Under the pieces are notes generated by a model. The model was not told the origin of the DNA. It did not search any database and saw nothing but the letters and a program-made list of their open reading frames with translations. DNA of 64,000 nt, from positions 71,672,001 to 71,736,000 of the forward strand of contig OZ024743.1 of NCBI GenBank assembly GCA_964016885.1. The letters are read 5' to 3'. Source of the stretch: Eledone cirrhosa (taxonomy: Eukaryota). The position numbers were made by a program, and so were the translations under genes. The number at the start of each line of letters is the position of its first letter. Positions within the stretch are counted from its first letter, which is position 1. Of the stretch, positions 25,478 to 41,236 are shown one piece after another.

Positions 25478-27618
25478 TTATGGGGTTTGAGGGCGAGGTA
25501 AGTCCTACGTAATCGGTGTTTACATGCAGTAACCAGTTCATCTTTCTTGTTTAGGTGTTGGTCCGTTTAAAACAGCATTTGTAAAGTTTCCTCCGAGCAT
25601 AAATTGCACGGACGGCGTCCTCCCGTGTCAGAGTTGGCTCTGGACAGTAATTTCCAAGTGAGATCATAGTTGATGTTGTTGTCTTTGAGGTCCCATATGT
25701 GGCCCAAAAGTGTAGTGGCGTGACGCCTGGCCGGGTTCCGGAAGGTATGTCTGTGTTGGTATAGCCGGGTCTTGAAGTCACATGCGGTTAATCCTATATA
25801 AGCTTTGTTGGAGGTGTCCGTGCTCACGTTGCACTGGTAGATCACATTACGGTCTCTGCATCTGTTGTCGAGGGGGCAACTGGATCTATCAGGACAGTTG
25901 CACCTCCTGGTCGGCTCTCCACTGCTATTTAGGTTGTTTCTTCCATCGGGGTTGAGTGTATTGTTGTTGGAGGAGACGATGTTTTGTGCGAAGTTAGGTG
26001 TTGTGCTGTAAGAGAGTTTGATGGTATTTTTGTTAATTATGTTGTGGTAGCGGTATTGTAGTGGGAAGTGTTTTTCAATGAGCCTAAAGAAAATTTTCCC
26101 GATGGGAGTTGTCACCTCGGCGTTGTGGGGAGGATTGAACCATGTTACATTGCGTGAGCGGCGGTGTCGCCTGCTGGTTCCGCTAATGGGAGCTGGACAG
26201 TAGGATATTTCCTCCCGGAAACCACTCCGCTTGAGGGCCTGGTTGTAGTAAGGCGCATGTTCATCGAATATCTTCTCATTAGCTGACAAACGGGATATGT
26301 GGAGGGAGATGTTTTTGACCAGGTTGTTGGTGATGTTCCTAGGATGGTTAGATCGGCGGTGGATGTAGTGCAGGTTGTCATTGGGTTTCCTGTATGGGTA
26401 GTACAGGTCATTATTGAGATCAAGGGTAACGTCCAGGAAATTAACTCGGGCTAGGGACGTTTGTAGGGTTATTTTAAATCCCCAGTCGCGGAAGAAGCTG
26501 ATTAATTGTTTACGGACACGATCTGTACTACTGGGGTTGTACCCTTTAAGGGTAAGGAGCCCATCATCACGGTACAATCCACTACCGAAAGCAGGAAACA
26601 TATCGCTGAGTTTGGCTATAAGTAATAATCCTATAAGATCTGTGACCTCCGCCGAATCCGTCGTGCCCATGCTGACGTCGAAGGGTGAGTCGGGAGCTCT
26701 TTTTATCCATTTGGAGTTGTCAAAGAGTAAGACTGTCTTCCTGGCGTGGAGGATGATTTTTCTTTCCTGGTCGCTGATGGGCACAAATGCTTCGGCGAAG
26801 TCCAAGGCAGCAGTAAATAGCGGTAAGGTGATTGAAGCATAGTAGCTCTCTATGTCGAACTGGATAAATTCAGTGTCTCGTTTATCCTCCATATTGCTGA
26901 ACCATGAGATAACTTCCTGGGTGTTGATCCATAGGCTAAGTCGGGCGTGTTGCTTGACATTTGGTATCACGCGGTCTAGGATTTTTTTGCTGATTCTCCC
27001 TAAGTCGGACTTCGTTGGGTTTATAAGCCTGATAGAAGGTTTACGGTCGAAATCGGATTTGTGGTCCTTCAGTGTGAAGTAGGGTGTCCGTGGGTCAAGG
27101 GTTTCGGTGCGGTCGGCGACCCCGAGGCTAGAGGTAATTTGTTGTCCATCTCGATTAATGTCCTCGATGCATGAGTGGTTAGCCTTTTTATAGGTGGAGT
27201 TTAGGCTGCTCCTGATCAGTGTGTGGTATCTGTCGGGTTGACAAAGTATAGGTTCCCAGTTTTATCCGAATGCACCATGATGTCATTGGTGTTATCATAC
27301 TCTGTTAAGTTGCTACGGAGTTTTTGTAGGAATCGGTTGTGTCTGGGTTTGAATTTAAGGTTCTTGACCAGTTGGAAGAGGTCATTCTCGAAGGGTGAGA
27401 GCAAAGGGTTCGGGGGGGGGGGGAGATTTGTAGGTAATAAATCCGAATCTCTCCTTGGTACCGAAGTCCTGATTGTCGCAATTTCTGTCGTAGAAAAAAG
27501 TTCTCCATCTAAGTCTTTTCGCAAATAGATCGATTCTTTGCGTGAGCATCCGAAGGTAAAGTTTTTTCGGTGGGATTGGGATGTTCTTGGTAGAGAAGTC
27601 GATGTTGTGATTTCGCAT
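25478..27618 (-). pseudogene. PLE RT + GIY-YIG ORF (~710 codons) with two frameshifts and one premature stop
   Basis: MRNHNIDFSTKNIPIP, HSDKTGN, QFDIESYYASI, FDVSMG, GLYRDDGL, VNFLDV, WFNPP, CNC.....CPL...C, VIYQC...AYIG; TAA at 25567 reads through to ..CKHRLRRTYLALKTP*. Confidence 0.92.
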
Positions 27619-30600
27619 GGTGCGGGTGAAAGAAATTGAGCTTAGCGGAAAAGTCTGGATACGGCGTGGTAGGGTCGGAAAGTGCTCTACTACGGGGATA
27701 GGAGCTAGATAACGAAGGAAATGTGGTAAGGAACTAGGTGGACCATAACGCACCAAAGTACTCAAAACTTAGGGTAGTAGAGTGGCTAATAGGAACAAGT
27801 AAGACCCCGACGGCTGAGCTCAAGCCGTTTCGACGGCTAATTCTGGACTGAATGAAAATTTATTCTGGTAATTAAATAGCCGAGCTTATCAGGGGGTAAT
27901 TCCATATATGGTCAAAGAGATAATCACCAGGATTGGTCACATCACAAGTTAGTAGTAAATATGTGATGGCAAATTAGTGGGGGAAGGGGTAGCTAAACCT
28001 GCCGGTAGGAGAAAATGGGAGAGAGGGTGGAGTAGACCCATTCATGCGTTGGTAGTGCCGGCTAGAGCTGGGCGTGAGGTCAAAGAGGATACTGGGGAGG
28101 GGGATGGGGAGGAAGTCGAAACGGTAAGTAGAACAATGAAGGGTAAAACTATAAAAAGTACTGAGCATGAAAAAAAAAAAAAAAAAGCTAAGTCTGGTTA
28201 CTAAGACTTAAGTCTCTCGCTATTGCTAGGCTAAAGAAATACATAAATAAATAAACAAATAAATGAATAAAAGAATAGATAAATAAAAAAATATAATAAA
28301 GAATAAAAAAATAAATAATAATAATAAAAATAAATAGACTAGGTGGGACGGAAATAAAGGGACCCTTAGAAGAGGTAAAAGTGCGTGTATCGTACCGTGA
28401 CGGGTCAACAAAAGGTGGGCCAAATACTAAAGAGACTACCACGAAATAAAAAAGGTTTCAATCCCAATCACAGGGCCAGCAACCACCCAGTGCAAGAAAG
28501 TAAACTAGTACGAGAATATAATTCAGAGTCCCGAAAAAAATACTAATGCTAACTCTAAGGGTACCGCCACGAAACAAAAAGTCTTATACAAGCTACATGA
28601 AAGATCGTACGAAGTAAAAGTAAAGAACGGAAAATTAATACAGAAACGCCCCCCCCCCTACGAAAAAAAAGAAAAGGAGAAAGAAATACTGGATAAACGA
28701 GAAATTAAAGCAAAGATGCCACTAAGAAATATAGAAGGCACGGAAAAAAGGGACAGCGGTCGGAGAAGGGGCAAGTACCCGAAGTCTAACACCTCTGCTA
28801 TAAAAAGCGGAGTCAGCCAAATCTATCATAGAATAGGGGAGGGGGTGGGGGTGCTGAAGATGCAAGGGACCGAATGGCTACCTCGGGTGGGCGAGAAAAA
28901 GACGATGACAAAGAAAAGGAACTGGGTTAAAAGGACTAGGGAGGGATGGGGGAAGAAGGAAATATAGAGGAAGCGATAAAAGAATGTAAAATAAGATCTT
29001 ACGTCTCCATTGGCAAGCAGGGGTTACCCATTACAAAATAGGCAAGTGGGGTGTTATAGCCCTAGTCTACCCCCCGGGTCAATATGGGGTTTGAGGGCGA
29101 GGTAAGTCCTACGTTTCATCTTTTTTTTTTAGGAGTTGGTCCGTCGAAAACAGCATTTGTAAAGTTTCCTCCGAGCATAAATTGCACGGCCGGCGTCCTC
29201 CCGTGTAAGAGTTGGCTCTGGACAGTAATTTCCAAGTGAGATCATAGTTGATGTTGTTGTCCTTGAGGTCCCATATGTGGCCCGAAAGTGTAATGGCGTA
29301 ACGCCGGGCTGGATTTCGGAAGGTATGTCTGTGTTGGTATAGCCGGGTCTTGAAGTCACATGCGTTTAATCCTATATAAGCTTTGTTGGAGGTCTCCGTG
29401 CTCACGTTGCACTGATAGATCACATTACGATCGCTGCATCTGTTGTCGAGGGGGCAACTGGATCTATCAGGACAGTTGAACCTCCTGGTCGGCTCTCCAC
29501 TGCTATTTAGGTTGTTTCTTCCATCGGGGTTGAGTGTTTTGTTGTTGGAGGAGACGATGTTTTGTGCGAAGTTAGGTGTTGTGCTGTAAGAGAGTATGAT
29601 GGTATTTTTGTTAATTATGTTGTGGTAGCGGTGTTGTAGTGGGAAGTGTTTTTCAATGAGCCTAAAGAAAATTTTCCCGATGGGAGTTGTCACCTCGGCG
29701 TTGTGGGGAGGATTGAACCATATTTCCTCGGTCCCTTGTAGCTTCAGCACCCCCACCCCCTTCCCCTATTCTATGATAGATTTGGCTGACTTAATTTTCC
29801 GTTCTTTACTGTTACTTCGTACGATCTTTCATGTAGCTTGTATAAGACTTTTTGTTTCGTGGCGGTACCCTTAGAGTTAGCATTAGTATTTTTTTCGGGA
29901 CCCTGAATTATATTCTCGTACTAGTTTACTTTCTTGCACTGGGTGGTTGCTGGCCCTGTGATTGGGATTGAAACCTTTTTTATTTCGTGGTAGTCTCTTT
30001 ATTATTTTGGCCCCCCTTTTGTTGACCCGTCACGGTACGATACACGCACTTTTACCTCTTCTAAGGGTCCCTTTATTTCCGTCCCACCTAGTCTATTTAT
30101 TTTTATTATTATTTTATTATTATTATTTATTTTTTTATTCTTTATTATATTTTTTTTATTTATTTATCTATTCTTTTATTCATTTATTTGTTTATTTATT
30201 TATTTAAGTATTTCTTTAGCCTAGCAATAGCGAGAGACTTAAGTCTTAGTAATCAGACTTTGCTTATTTTAAAAAATTATTATTATTTTTTTTTTTCATT
30301 GTCAGTACTTTTTATAGTTTTACCCTTCATTGTTCTACTTACCGTTTCGACTTTCTCCCCCCCCCCTCCCCAGTATCCTCTTTGACGTCACGCCCAGCTG
30401 TAGCCGGCACAACCTACGCATGAATGGGTCTACTCCACCCCCTCTCCCATTTTCTCCTACCGGAAGGTTTAGCTACCCCTCCCCCCACTAATTTGCCATC
30501 ACAGATTTACTACTAACTTGTGATGTGACCAATTCTGGTGATTATCTCTTTGACCATATATGGAATTACCCCTTGATAAGCTGGGCTTATATATATATAT

Positions 30601-32118
30601 ATAGGAACAAGTAAGACCCCGACGGCTGAGCTCAAGCTGTTTCGACGGCTAATTCTGGACTGAATGAAAATTTATTCTGGTATTTAAATAGCCGAGCTTA
30701 TCAAGGGGTAATTCCATATATATTGTTATACTTCGGGAGGGTCATGTTGCCGAATTCAGAAACGAAATATATATATATATATATATATATAAGTTATTCC
30801 GGGTTGAATCGGAGGTAAAAACAGTAAGTAACGTACTCAATACATAGCAGAGTATAAATGTTTTAATGTAGAAGAGTTTCTACAGGACTAGAACTGTTTT
30901 ATTCGTGAGAAATCATCAGGAAGCTCTATATATATATGTATATGTATGTATGTATATATACAAACTTGTTGACACTGACTACGTTTTGACAATCTGTCTC
31001 ACATGTCATATGTTACATATGGCTTTAGTGTTTGGTTTAAGGCGTGGTAAGTATTGGTTTCAGAATATTGATGAAACAGCATTTAATTTCTTACTTGTCT
31101 TTCGCTGCAATTAACTTAGAATATTATATGAATACTTTCATTAGCTGTTGTAACCCTTTCTCAAATATGTAAACTTCCTTGTAAACTGAGATAATTAATT
31201 ACAAATTACTATATTACAAATTTCTATATCTTGTTCTGAACTAAATATTTGTTTAAACTAAAATTCTCTAAAGTAGAAACAATTATTACGTAGAGTAATG
31301 GAGCACTATAGTCATTAGGTCATCGTACCAGTGCTTAGCTCTACATGTTATAGTTCTTTACGTTCTGAGTTCAAATACCACCGATGTCCACTTTAACATT
31401 CATTCTTCCGAGTGGATAAAATAAAGAAACAGTAAAACACTGGGGTCGATAAAAGTGACCCCTCAGTCCCCCCCCCCCCCCCCCCCCGCAAAAAAAAAGA
31501 AAAAAAAGTGCTAGCCTTATAACATTAGAAATATTTATTAGGTCTAGAATGGTTCAGGTTTGATTTACCGTTTATATCTAACAAGTTGCAGTTTGAAACT
31601 TTATTTGATTTCCGGATTGCTTTTAACAAAGTAGTCATGTATAAAAATTTACTTTTACCAGTTATTGGTGTTTAAAGGTTTTTACAATATTGTTACTTTT
31701 AAACTGTTTTCGTCAATTCTGGGATATTGTGAAAACAATAAACCAAGAGTTCGCAGGGTCTGATAATATATTCCAGGAAATGATATAAACTGTCACGTAT
31801 TTCAATAAATTCATATAGAATTTCGTAGAGTGTTTAAGGTTGAATGACTTGAGAGTGACAGCTGTCTGACAGAAAATCGACATTTTGAAATGGAAAGCAA
31901 ATACTCTCTGCATATGGCAACACACTGCATTAAACTGACCTCATATCTTCTCTACCGAGAGAGGAAACTGAATAGTTGAACTGGTACAAAAGCCTCTCTA
32001 GAGCCCACTGAGATTTGATTTCGTTTCCAACAGTGTGGCATCTTATTTCTTTTTCAAGAGTATATCATAACTTTAATTATCATTAGCTCTGAGCACTAAC
32101 AATACTGAATTTAAAAGA

Positions 32119-32684
<566 letters not shown>

Positions 32685-32826
32685 ATAATAATAAATGCGT
32701 AGACTAAAATCCAAAGAGGGCTCGATATGTATATCAAATATATAAAACCGTAGAGCACATATTTATTAAAATAACAGATTAAAGTTTAATCAAAGAATTG
32801 CCGTTTGCTTAAAACTTAATCAGTTA

Positions 32827-32883
<57 letters not shown>

Positions 32884-33051
32884 GTAGACGACTGGAAGGT
32901 AATATCCGTAGTGGTAGAGCACTCAGTCCATGGGACCAGTTAGGTAGAAGTGATAACACAACAGTTAGTTCACTATACCGAGAACAATTGTTCTCGGTAT
33001 GGTTAACTAACTGTTTTGTTACCACATCTCTCTCTCTCTCACTCTCACTCC

Positions 33052-33470
<419 letters not shown>

Positions 33471-33944
33471 AGAAAGAGGAAGAGAGTGTGTGAAGGAATG
33501 AAAACGAAAAACGAAGTATTGATTAAAAAATAAACAATACAATAATAATCTCAAGATGTTTAGAGTAATCAAAGAATTGAGAAAAGTCTTTTAACTACTC
33601 AGGTATGGCCATTTGCATTCTCAGTTCAACTCCTTTGTCTTTCATTTGGAATTGTTAAAATAATGTATAGTAGCAATTTTAGTAATATCTTATTAATATA
33701 ACTCCACTAAGTATATTTGTCGACTAAGTTGTTGTTTCTCAAGATACATTTCAATATATCCCAGCATATAAAGAAAACAGAATTAAAAAAAAAAAATGTT
33801 AACCATTATACAAAATGGTTTGAGACCGACATGATTAGGAGCCACTAGTCTAGAATGACTTCACAAAGTGAGAAGTGGTTAATGACGTCGTCGAGAGATA
33901 TTAGGTGTTTCTACCTGAAACCCTGACAAAGTGGCAGTAGAATC

Positions 33945-34110
33945 GTTTCATGACTTCTTGACTGTCACAAATTGTGCTCGAACCTACAAGGTGCCACAAA
34001 AACCTCTTGAACCTAATGTTCAGTAACCACACTGACACTATCCCCAATATTGCAGTAGAAACGATTCTAGTCTCAGACCATGACATGGATCTCTGTGATC
34101 TGAGATTCTA
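33945..34110 (+). pseudogene. LINE apurinic-type endonuclease C-terminal remnant
   Basis: SQIVLEPTRCHKNLLNLMFSNH...LVSDH (PTR..N.LDL..SDH motif). Confidence 0.6.
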
Positions 34111-34728
34111 CTGTACAAAAGGCAAACCCAATGACATTTCTTCAGTTCATCCATTTGACACCATGGATTTTGGTGTCCAAATCCTGATTTGAAAGACTTC
34201 GCCAGTTAAGTTAGATATTAGTGACCAAAACCTTTCCAATTTCAACACAACCGTCCTCTCAATCTATCTTATTTCTCATTCTTTCTTCTGGTGAAGGACT
34301 AGCATCCGAAAAGCTAAGACCCTCTTCCTGCTCTTTCAAGGATTAACCTAATATATTCCTTCCATATAGTGTACTGATTATGTTGTTATTTCCGTTTACC
34401 TTTTACTTACACACATATATATATATAGAGAGAGAGGTAGAACACTGGAAGGTAATATCCGTAGTGGCAGAGCACTCAGTCCATGGGATGAGTTTGGTAG
34501 AAATATTAACACAATAGTTAGTGCACCATACAGAGAACAATTGTTTCACTTTAGCGGATCTCCAGCTCGTACAGTAGTACGAACAATTGTTCTCGGTATG
34601 GTGAACTAACTGTTGTGTTACTACTTCTATATATATATAAAACGAAGGAAATGTGGTAAGGAACCAGGTGGACCATAACGCACCAAAGTACTCAATACTT
34701 AGGGTAGTAGTGGGGTCCTACTCGTTCC

Positions 34729-34765
<37 letters not shown>

Positions 34766-35287
34766 AGGAAGTTATAGTTCACTTGAAGCATTGTGTAATG
34801 AGGTATAAATGTTTGTATATGTATAATAAAGCCAAAACAATGAAGGTATGGACATAGAATTAAGAATGCAAATGCAAAAGATACTGTTGACAATTAGTCT
34901 TTTACCTTAGATTTAGTTAAATGTCCTTAATTTTCGAGATAATATTTCTTCTTCGGAGGGAAGTAAAGCGGTTAAACCAGTGTTCTAAATAGCTTGCCAA
35001 GTCATGCTGACATGAAATGGTATAGAGTATCTGTTCTATCTCTAATATTAAAGAGTTAAGGTTAGGTGGATAAAGAGTAGTCACCCATTAAAAGTTTTTT
35101 GGGGTTTTTTTTTTGTACATGCCTGTTTAAGTGTGTGGGAGAATGCGTGAAGGTGTAAGTATGTGTGTGTGAGTATGAGAAGATATGTCTATACGTAAAT
35201 GTGGGGAATATATGTTATCTCGTGTTAGAACTGGTCTTCGTGTGTGTATGTTTGTGTGTGTAAGAGAGAATAATTGGAGGTGTAAGC

Positions 35288-35374
<87 letters not shown>

Positions 35375-35501
35375 CGTGTGTATGCGTGTGTGTGTGGGGG
35401 TCGGTGTCGGAAAAGATTGTTTTGGTAAACAGAGGAGTAAGCAGGAGAAAGCTCTCAACAATCGTTGTTTTTAGTTACGATGGAGAATTTTATAAAAATA
35501 A

Positions 35502-36286
35502 TAAAATAAGATACTGTGGTAACATATATCGTTCAATCATTATAATAATTTCCACGGTTCTCCATGCAATCGAGATGTCCTTCATGCATTTGCTGTTGAT
35601 TATGAGAACTGTATACTCAGATGAAAAACCGATATGTTTGATATGTTGCTCGCAGGAAAAACACACGTTGTATTGCTTGTATGCCCAGCAGACATATGAG
35701 TTCCTTGAAGGGTTTTCTAGAAAAAGCTATCAACGAATTAAAAACGAAGAAAACGGAGAACTGTGTGTAGAGAAAACCCAGTAGACAGTGGAGCAATAAA
35801 TGGAACTCTGAGGGAGGGTGGGGTATATATTTTGTTGACAACAACTACAACAACAACAACAACGACAACAACAATAACGACAATAACAGTAAACCGCCGA
35901 CCAATATTGTCTACACTGGCCGCAATAGTCGTAGTGATATCACCACCCTACTGACAACAATAACTAAAGCAACAGCTACAGTAAACACTTACAACAACAA
36001 CAGCAACAACGACAACAACAGCAAAGGCACAGACCAGCGTCGCGTACACATGCCGTAGCAGTCGTAGTGACGGTATCACCATGTCGACAATAACAGTGAT
36101 AACGCCAAATCAATAAAAAGGACGTGTGGTTTTCCTGCCAGCGACATATCAAACATATCGGTATTTATCTGATTGTACAGTTCTCATAATCAGCAGCAAA
36201 TGTATGAAGGACATCTCGATTGCATGGAGAACCGTGGAAATAATTATAATGATTAAACGATATATGTAACCTCAGTATCTTATTTT
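35502..36286. repeat. Diverged ~165-bp inverted repeat (35502-35668 / 36122-36286) around an (ACA)n-rich spacer
   Basis: Reverse-complement match seen directly; ends in (TA)n; probably a PLE 3' end with an inversion. Confidence 0.65.
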
Positions 36287-36287
36287 G

Positions 36288-36345
<58 letters not shown>

Positions 36346-36351
<6 letters not shown>

Positions 36352-37037
36352 GAAATAGTGAAGAATAACATGGTCAACAGTACCAAGAAGGAAATTTATT
36401 TACATTCTAACAATTGTTTCTATGATAGTGTTGTCTAGAAATCGCTAAACACTGAAGGCAGTGGCACTCAATTTAAACAACATGCAACTCATCATTTCGT
36501 CAGAGAGTAAGAGAAAATACAAAATATATGCCTAACGGTAAATTTATAAATACAAATTACCACATCAATAATAATATTAATAACAAAAGATATAGAGAGA
36601 AATAAAGGAAGGGGGACATATGGAAAGGAGTGGAGGACGAGGAAGAAAGACGAAAGCGAAAACGAAAATACAGTTATATGCACAACCGGCAAAATTACTG
36701 AAACCAAACTATCACATCAAAATAAAAATAATATTAATAATAAAGATACAGATAGAAAGAAAAGAGGGGGTATAGATGTAGTAAAGGTAGAGAAGAAAAA
36801 GAAGGATGAAGAAGGAAAAAGAGAAAGAGATAGAGAAAGATGAAAAAGGAAAAAGAAAAACAGGTAGAGACATCATGTGGAAGACAGAAGAATTAAGGCG
36901 TGCGACCGGATGAGTAATTGTTGATAAATACAGGCAGAAATAGGATGGAGAGAAGAAGTAAGATAAACAGACAGACGAATATACGTTAATACAAGAATGA
37001 AAGCAAGTAAAAATAGAGATATAAATATAGAAACAAA

Positions 37038-37068
<31 letters not shown>

Positions 37069-38115
37069 AAGGATAAATAAATAAATAAATAGATAGATGA
37101 GTAAATAAACAATTTATATCCATTGTTATATAAAATGGTATAATATTAGAATAAATAAATAAATAAATGCGTTGAAGAGACTAATAAGAGTAATATTAAT
37201 GTTGTTAATGTTATTGTGAATTGATGATTATTAAATATGGATAGATATTAAATATGGATATTAAATATGGATAGATATTATAATATTGGATATATTTATG
37301 TGTGTATTGGATATTTTAATAAGTAAATTAATTAGTTTAAGATGATAAGATAATATGATCGAGATGAAATAGGTTTAAGTAGAGAAATACAAAGACAAAT
37401 TGTGAAAGATCGAGGTGTATAAAATAAGAATGTCAATAAAAAAGGTTCTGATGTTGTTCTTTGGTAATTATAATGGAGACAATGCTGCTGATAATATGAT
37501 ATCGTAGTAGATTCTAATGGTTTAAAAGGGATAAGGAATAGAAAATCGAATTAAGTTGGTCTAAAGTTCTCGAATTTCCTTGCTGATTTGTGCTGGCAAA
37601 AAATAGTTCGTTCAATTCTACTGTTAAGAAGAGTTTTGTTGAAATTAAAAATTTGGAAAATTTTCTTATTAAAGAGCCTGCAATGGGACATATCAATTTG
37701 ATAGGCCTTTATTTTTGACAATATTGTCCAACTGATCTCGTATTCTATGTTTGCATTCTTGAGTTGCCAGATTTTGTTGGCGAGAGTTGTCTTATTTGAG
37801 AGATTCTTATTAATCATAGAATATCTGTGCACCTACCACCTTTTTTTTAAAAAAACAGCTGTGGAACCAATCTATCTGTATCTTTATTATTAATATCATT
37901 TTTTATTTTGATGTGATAGTTTCATTTCGTAATTTTCCCGGTTGTACATATAACTGCATATAACTGTATTTTCGTTTTATCCCCACCCCCTCCTTTCCAT
38001 CTGTCCCCCTTCCTTTAATTCTCTCTATATCTTTATTATTAATATTATTGATGTGGTAATTTGAATTTATAAATTTACCGTTACGCATATATTAGCTATT
38101 TTCTCTTAGACTCTT
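36346..38115 (-). mobile_element. 5'-truncated Hydra-like PLE: GIY-YIG end (37551-37850), 3'UTR, and inverted copy (37870-38115)
   Basis: HRYS..NK..TTLANKIWQLK..NIEYEISWTILSK..Y..CRL..LLNSRIE..CQH; 37870-38115 is the reverse complement of ~36495-36755. Confidence 0.75.
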
Positions 38116-39712
38116 AACATTGATTTTGCTGTGGAAAAATGTGTGGAGATAATCATTGAGAGTGAGGTGGAGTTCTGCGACGTCGACACAGACGAACTGG
38201 GCTTCCTACTTAGACTTACCTACGACTCTGACTACCTAGACAGCCATGACCTTAGACGTTTCTGCCCCAGTAGACCCATAAGAGGTAGACGCCCCACCAT
38301 AACCTCAATGGCAAAAAAGACTCCCATGGGACGGTGGATTGGGTGGACCAAAGCTATACTGACCCCCAAAACATTGATCAGCTAAGAAAAATGGCCGCAC
38401 ATGCAATAGGGGCCAGTATCAAAACTACCCTAAAGGGCTACATATTCAAGTTCAACGAGAAGATCTACACCCAAAATGAGAGAGCAGCCATTGGCGTCAG
38501 CATAGCTGGTGACGTTGCCAAACTTTTTATGGTATGGTGGGAAAGGAGACTCAAAGATCTCCGTGATGAGAGATCCATAGACCTCATCATGTACTCTCGT
38601 TACGTAGACGATATCAATATAGTAATAAGGACATCCCCACAAGAGAGCACTAATAAGTTTGATTTAGAACGTAGCACAATGGAAAGCATCCAGCAGATAG
38701 CTAATTCCATACACCAGAGTATAACTGTAACTTTCGACTACCCTTCAAAACACCCTAACAATAGACTACCTGTATTAGACACGGAACTCTGGATTAACAC
38801 TATAGACGACAGAGCCCAAATTCTCCACTCATACTATGCTAAACCCATGGCCTCCAAATACCTGATACTCAAAAACTCAGCAATGTCCAGTAGTGCTAAG
38901 TTTAATATTCTGATCGCAGACTTGGTACGAGTGATGAAGAACGTGTCCCGCATGTGCGACCCAACAGAAATGGAAAGACACATCCAACATTTCATCAACC
39001 GCATGCAGTTCTCTGGATACAACCAAAGAGACATAATCAGAGCATACGAAGGAGCCCCAGAGAAGTATACGACCCTCATAGAACTGGACATGAGAGGAAT
39101 TTGCCCATTATACAGGAGCAAATCATGGAATAGCTTAGATAGGACTAGACATCATGGTACGCAACCAGAGATACCAGAGTGTCATGTTTGTGGACGCTAC
39201 CCCTGAAGGGAAATTAGCTAACCAGTGTAGAAAGGCCCTGAGAAAGATCCACTAAAAGATTAAGGTGGTAGAAAAGCCAGGAACCACCATAAAATCCCTG
39301 ATCAGCAAAACATACCCTTTTAAGAAAACCCACTGTACTAATAGGAAATGTATCATATGTAAAGTCAACCCCCGGATAAACTGTGAAATTAGAAACGTAG
39401 TCTATAGCATAAGATGTAAAGAGGGTACTTGCAGAAACATGACAACAACATACATAGGCGAGACAGCTCGTAGCATAGGTGAAAGGATAGGCCAACACTG
39501 GGGGAACTAAAAGGACGAAAAAACGGTTCAGTACTATACGAATATGCCAGACAACAACACGACGGTATCATAGACAACATAGAAATTAGAATAATATCTA
39601 AACATAGAAATGACCCAGCAGATAGGCAAATCAGAGAGGCCAGCGAAATAGAACTTAGAAGGCCAAGGCTAAACAGAAAGAATGAATGGAATAACAACAC
39701 CTAAGAGAAGTA

Positions 39713-39747
<35 letters not shown>

Positions 39748-40215
39748 ATACAGAAGCACAATAACAACAAACGCATATAAACACACACTAGTAAACTAAG
39801 ATAGAATACAATAACCAATACACAGTCACCCAAACACGAACACACATCAAACAAAGCACTATACACACACGCAAACGCATGTGCAGAGAAGACTAAAAAA
39901 AACAAATAAATAAATAAACAGACTAAATAAAGATGGCGTAGGAGATACAATGCAACGGGAGGAAACATAATAGCACCACTGACGATGTTGCAGATGTGCA
40001 AAGAAAGAACTTTGTTAGACTATATATATATGTGTTTGTGTCTATATTATATCTGTATTTTTGACCGTTGGTCAGTCAATGGTAACATTGAGGACGGAAT
40101 AAATTAAATTAACCGATATAAAAGACAGAGAAGCGAAAACCAGCTAAACAGTGTTCTGTTATTAATTCTGGCAATATTATTACACAAATATGACCCTCCC
40201 CAAGTATAACAATAT
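38116..40215 (+). mobile_element. 5'-truncated PLE of the IFD-like family (RT C-terminal half, GIY-YIG, 3'UTR; degenerate HHR at 39975-40016)
   Basis: AAIGVSIAG, YSRYVDD, LPVLD, NVVYSIRC..YIGETARSIGERI; same terminus (ATGACCCTCCC.AAGTATAACAATA) as the 50930-56635 element. Confidence 0.88.
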
Positions 40216-40216
40216 A

Positions 40217-40257
<41 letters not shown>

Positions 40258-40341
40258 CAATACTCATCTTTTTCCATTTATCTGAGGGTTCTAAACCACG
40301 TTATCAAGCTAAAATTCCTTTAGTCAAAAATACGGTGAAAG

Positions 40342-40431
<90 letters not shown>

Positions 40432-40500
40432 ATTCCTAGCCATTTTTGAATGTACTCTTGGCGCGATCACTTTGGAAAATTAATTGTCTAAATTTGAGCT

Positions 40501-40580
40501 AACTTCCTGAAGAGTCCGGTGCTCCAGATGTCCAATATTATCGGATATCTTAAAATGCGGATGAAACCATGGTAGAGGTA
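40501..40580 (+). ncRNA. Hammerhead in the first copy of a ~400-bp direct repeat (40437-40860)
   Basis: AACTTC-CTGAAGA-GTCCG...CGGAT-GAAA-CCATGG-TA-GAGGT. Confidence 0.7.
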
Positions 40581-40915
40581 ACTAAATATGTTTACTTTTC
40601 TCCTAGTTTATTTTACACCTAATTCTGTTTAGTTGACTATCTCTGGACGATTTATACACGCTGTCGAAATACTCGATAAATACTCCGTCGCAACCGCCGC
40701 GAAGGGATGCTTTCTATTATTTGTCGGAGATTTCTTCATAGAAGCCTTTATTCTTATAGCTTGGTCTAATCGATGTTTTCATATGGTTAATTATGCTAAT
40801 TGGGACAGGAAACGGTATATATTTTATTTGGTGATTCTATAGACATGTTTTATGATATATAGCTCTGATTATTTAATCTAATAACTCTTCATTGAGCCAC
40901 AAAGTGACCCGTTGC

Positions 40916-41027
<112 letters not shown>

Positions 41028-41236
41028 TATGTAAATCTTTATATGTAATAATCTGCCGTTAGGTTGAGATACAATTTTGGCTGTATTGTGCTGCGCTTTC
41101 TAGCAAAAGGCCCCCAGCAGTAATCAATTATTCACATTCTTTCTAACATCACCGCTGCTACGTCACGATTCTCAGCCATTTTTGAATGTATTCTTGGCGC
41201 GATCACTTTGGAAAATTAATTGTCTAAATTTGAGCT

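Larger units (their letters stand above)
24101..30590 (-). mobile_element. Young Hydra-like PLE in partial-tandem form: pseudo-LTR 24101-~25500, ORF, second pseudo-LTR 27711-~29110, truncated ORF 3' copy 29109-29722, inverted segment 29724-30590
   Basis: Near-identical ~1.4 kb direct repeats 3610 bp apart; 5' inversion; (TA)n flanks. Confidence 0.92.

Noticed and set aside
26414-27528. Plus-strand ORFs opposite the PLE RT, and minus-strand ORFs at 53010-55010 and 60467-61809
   Set aside because: Antisense shadows of transposon coding sequence
31713-31925. 70-aa ORF duplicated at 43966-44148
   Set aside because: Similarity is explained by the segmental duplication; the second copy has an earlier stop; no motif
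36200-36255. Hammerhead in the 35502-36286 inverted repeat (ATGAAGG...GAAA-TAATTA-TA)
   Set aside because: Core and stem I too degenerate
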